In this document: piece by piece, positions 61,973 through 64,000 of the stretch
Layout of the letters: each line of letters begins with the position of its first letter
How positions within the stretch are numbered: position 1 is the stretch's first letter
Assembly: GCA_963803705.1 (NCBI GenBank)
Contig: CAWDNU010000001.1
Coordinates: 384,001-448,000, forward strand
Direction: 5' to 3'
Length of the DNA: 64,000 nucleotides
From: an uncultured Pseudobdellovibrionaceae bacterium
GTDB lineage: Bacteria > Bdellovibrionota > Bdellovibrionia > Bdellovibrionales > UBA1609
Program-made: the position numbers and the translations under genes
The notes under the pieces: model-generated
The model's database searches: none
Told to the model about the DNA's origin: nothing
The model's input: the letters and a program-made list of their open reading frames with translations, nothing else

Positions 61973-62648
61973 ATATGAAAAAGTGAAAGGCGAATTGGAA
62001 AAAACTTGCTCTGAAATGGCTTGTGTTAATCATACCGATACTAAATTAATTGCGGTTTCAAAAAAGTTTTCAACTGAGAAAATTGAAGAACTTTTTAATT
62101 TTGGACAAATTAATTTTGCTGAAAACTACGTGAATGAATTTACTGAAAAAGTTGAAAAATTAAAACACTTAGGAATAGCGTGGCATTTTATCGGCCACTT
62201 ACAAACAAATAAAGTTAACAAGGTTGTGGGTTTAGCGGATTACATTCATTCTGTAGATAGTGAAAAGCTGCTGAAAAAGATTATCAGCGAATGTAAAAAA
62301 AAAGTGGTGCAACAGAAAGTGCTCTTGCAGGTAAAATTTGGAGATGAGGAAAGCAAGCGAGGTTTTGAAATAGACCAAATTGAAAACATAATTTCTGAGT
62401 ATATAAGTGATAGTAGAGTTTCAATATGTGGACTTATGTGTATTCTTCCACTGAACATAAATGATCTAGAGAAAAAAAAATTTTTTTTACTTTTACAGAA
62501 AAAGTTTGAAACACTAAAGCTAAATTTAAATCTACCAACTCAATTCAGAGAGCTCTCAATGGGAATGTCAGATGATTTTAGGTTGGCCATATCGGCCGGT
62601 TCGACTATGATACGTGTGGGAACTGCTATATTTGGAGCAAGACAATGA
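61956..62648 (+). CDS. yggS: PLP homeostasis protein
   Basis: LIAVSK, FAENY, WHFIGHLQTNK, GLM, LSMGMS.DF, RVGTAIFG; likely TTG start at 61956. Confidence 0.95.
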   Translation: MELKNRYEKVKGELEKTCSEMACVNHTDTKLIAVSKKFSTEKIEELFNFGQINFAENYVNEFTEKVEKLKHLGIAWHFIGHLQTNKVNKVVGLADYIHSVDSEKLLKKIISECKKKVVQQKVLLQVKFGDEESKRGFEIDQIENIISEYISDSRVSICGLMCILPLNINDLEKKKFFLLLQKKFETLKLNLNLPTQFRELSMGMSDDFRLAISAGSTMIRVGTAIFGARQ

Positions 62649-63511
62649 TCAGTGAGGTACGCGCTAAGGTGACTATCAGCCCCTTTTTGAATTCAAAAAG
62701 ATTAGGCTTTATAGGGGCAGGAAATATGACTTCGGCAGTAATCTCTGGATTAACGGCTTTGGGTAAAATTTCACCTGGAAAGGTGTTAGTTGCTAGTCGC
62801 ACTCAGGGTAAAGTTACGGCATTAGAAAAAAAACTAAAAATTATCGGCTGTTCGAATGTAGATGAAGTAACAGACACTGCAGATATAATCTTTCTGTCCG
62901 TTAAGCCTCAAGACTTAGGTAGCTTGCTCGACAATATCGGCAAAAGTATAGACGAAACACAAACAGTGGTAAGCTTCGCGGCTGGATTTAATGTTAAACT
63001 TTTAAGAAGTTACATACCGCGAGCAGGTTCAATCATTAGAGTGATGCCGACCACAGCTGCCAAAATCAATCAAGGAATTTTAGGTTATACTTTTGAAACC
63101 AGTGAGGGACAGGTTAAGCACGAGTCTATGATTCGGGAGATCCTTTCAGTATTGGGAACGCCAATTTACGCAGCTGATGAAGAATTATTCGACGCGTTAA
63201 TGGTTGGGTGTAGTAGCGGTATCGGTTTTATTTTGGAATTTATGCAAATCTGGTCTGAGTGGTTAGAAGAAAAAGGATTTTCATCGGAAGAGTCAGCTAT
63301 TATGACTTCAGAAACTTTTTTAGCAACGTCCATGTTAGCAAGCTCTTCACCTGAAACCTTTGCTAAGCTTCAAAACCAAGTGTCATCAAAAAAGGGGGTA
63401 ACTGGTCAGGGGCTAGAGTCTTTTAGGGAAATGGACCTAGACCGAACACTTAGGATCGGCTTTGAAAACGCCTTGCTTAGAAGTGCAAAGCTTACTCAAA
63501 AACCTAAATAG
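62645..63511 (+). CDS. proC: Pyrroline-5-carboxylate reductase
   Basis: GFIGAGNM, SVKPQ, SFAAG, RVMP, V.S..G.T. Confidence 0.9.
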   Translation: MISEVRAKVTISPFLNSKRLGFIGAGNMTSAVISGLTALGKISPGKVLVASRTQGKVTALEKKLKIIGCSNVDEVTDTADIIFLSVKPQDLGSLLDNIGKSIDETQTVVSFAAGFNVKLLRSYIPRAGSIIRVMPTTAAKINQGILGYTFETSEGQVKHESMIREILSVLGTPIYAADEELFDALMVGCSSGIGFILEFMQIWSEWLEEKGFSSEESAIMTSETFLATSMLASSSPETFAKLQNQVSSKKGVTGQGLESFREMDLDRTLRIGFENALLRSAKLTQKPK

Positions 63512-63678
63512 ACCTCAAGTTTTATTGCAAGCGCTAGTGATGTGATTTGCTCTATTGAATCAAAGTTTATTAGTTAAAAAAATCTTTACAGTTCATAGCG
63601 CTGACTTTACGATAGTAATAGGGACACTTGATAATTTATTTAGGTAATTTATCAGCATCTACCATAGGTTGGTCACAT

Positions 63679-64000
63679 ATGAGATTTAATTCTGTTGATA
63701 TAAACGAGAAAACTTTCAGAAAAAAGATGTTTGGACTTGATCCTGACCAAATTTTTGATTTCCTAAGAAAACTATCTGTTGAAATGGATTTAATCACCAA
63801 AGATAAAGCGGATTTAAAAAAGCAGTGTAAAAAGCTTGAGACCGATCTTGATGAGTACCGACAGCGTGATGAGTTACTTAAAAATACGATTGCTAATGCG
63901 ACCAAAATGTCTGATCGAATCAGATCGGACTCCGACCGCGAGGCTAAGTTAATAATTAATGATGCTCACCAAAAAGCCGAAATGATTATAAGGGACGCAA
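63679..64000 (+). CDS. divIVA: DivIVA-family protein, 5' part (runs off the window)
   Basis: Not in ORF track. Manual translation: MRFNSVDINEKTFRKKMFGLDPDQIFDFLRKL... followed by a coiled coil (EAKLIINDAHQKAE); follows yggS-proC. Confidence 0.88.
   Translation, partial: MRFNSVDINEKTFRKKMFGLDPDQIFDFLRKLSVEMDLITKDKADLKKQCKKLETDLDEYRQRDELLKNTIANATKMSDRIRSDSDREAKLIINDAHQKAEMIIRDA

Overview
AT-rich bacterial chromosome segment, most likely from a predatory Bdellovibrionota (Bdellovibrionales-like) genome or MAG. This is inferred from the maf-yggS-proC-divIVA block divergent from a tadC-DUF192-FHA cluster, the DUF3015/DUF4105 pair and many Cys-lipoproteins. Contents in order: a decayed higB toxin plus the 5' end of an HTH antitoxin next to a dif-like 11-6-11 palindrome; a diheme cytochrome c lipoprotein plus Tat-exported DUF1501 operon; msrAB; a sigma54-promoted histidine kinase/NtrC-family pair; ileS-lspA-lgt (riddled with single-base indels, probably sequence errors); a DUF4105 (Lnb-like)/DUF3015 pair; a long-stalk MepA-type endopeptidase; a menaquinone cluster (menG, aroF, menF-D-H-A-C-E, thioesterase, polyprenyl synthase, no menB) interrupted by a degenerate GGDEF gene; citrate synthase, elbB, nth, a thiBPQ-like ABC transporter, dsbA-like, sfsA, lipA-E2-lpdA-lipB; a 125-bp MITE with a 4-bp target duplication; rnhA; exbBD; and a TadC/DUF192/three-FHA/pseudo-PP2C operon that may be a phospho-regulated Tad (Kil-like) predation apparatus. 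No rRNA, tRNA or CRISPR array was seen. All protein-family calls come from visual motif recognition; no database searches were run.
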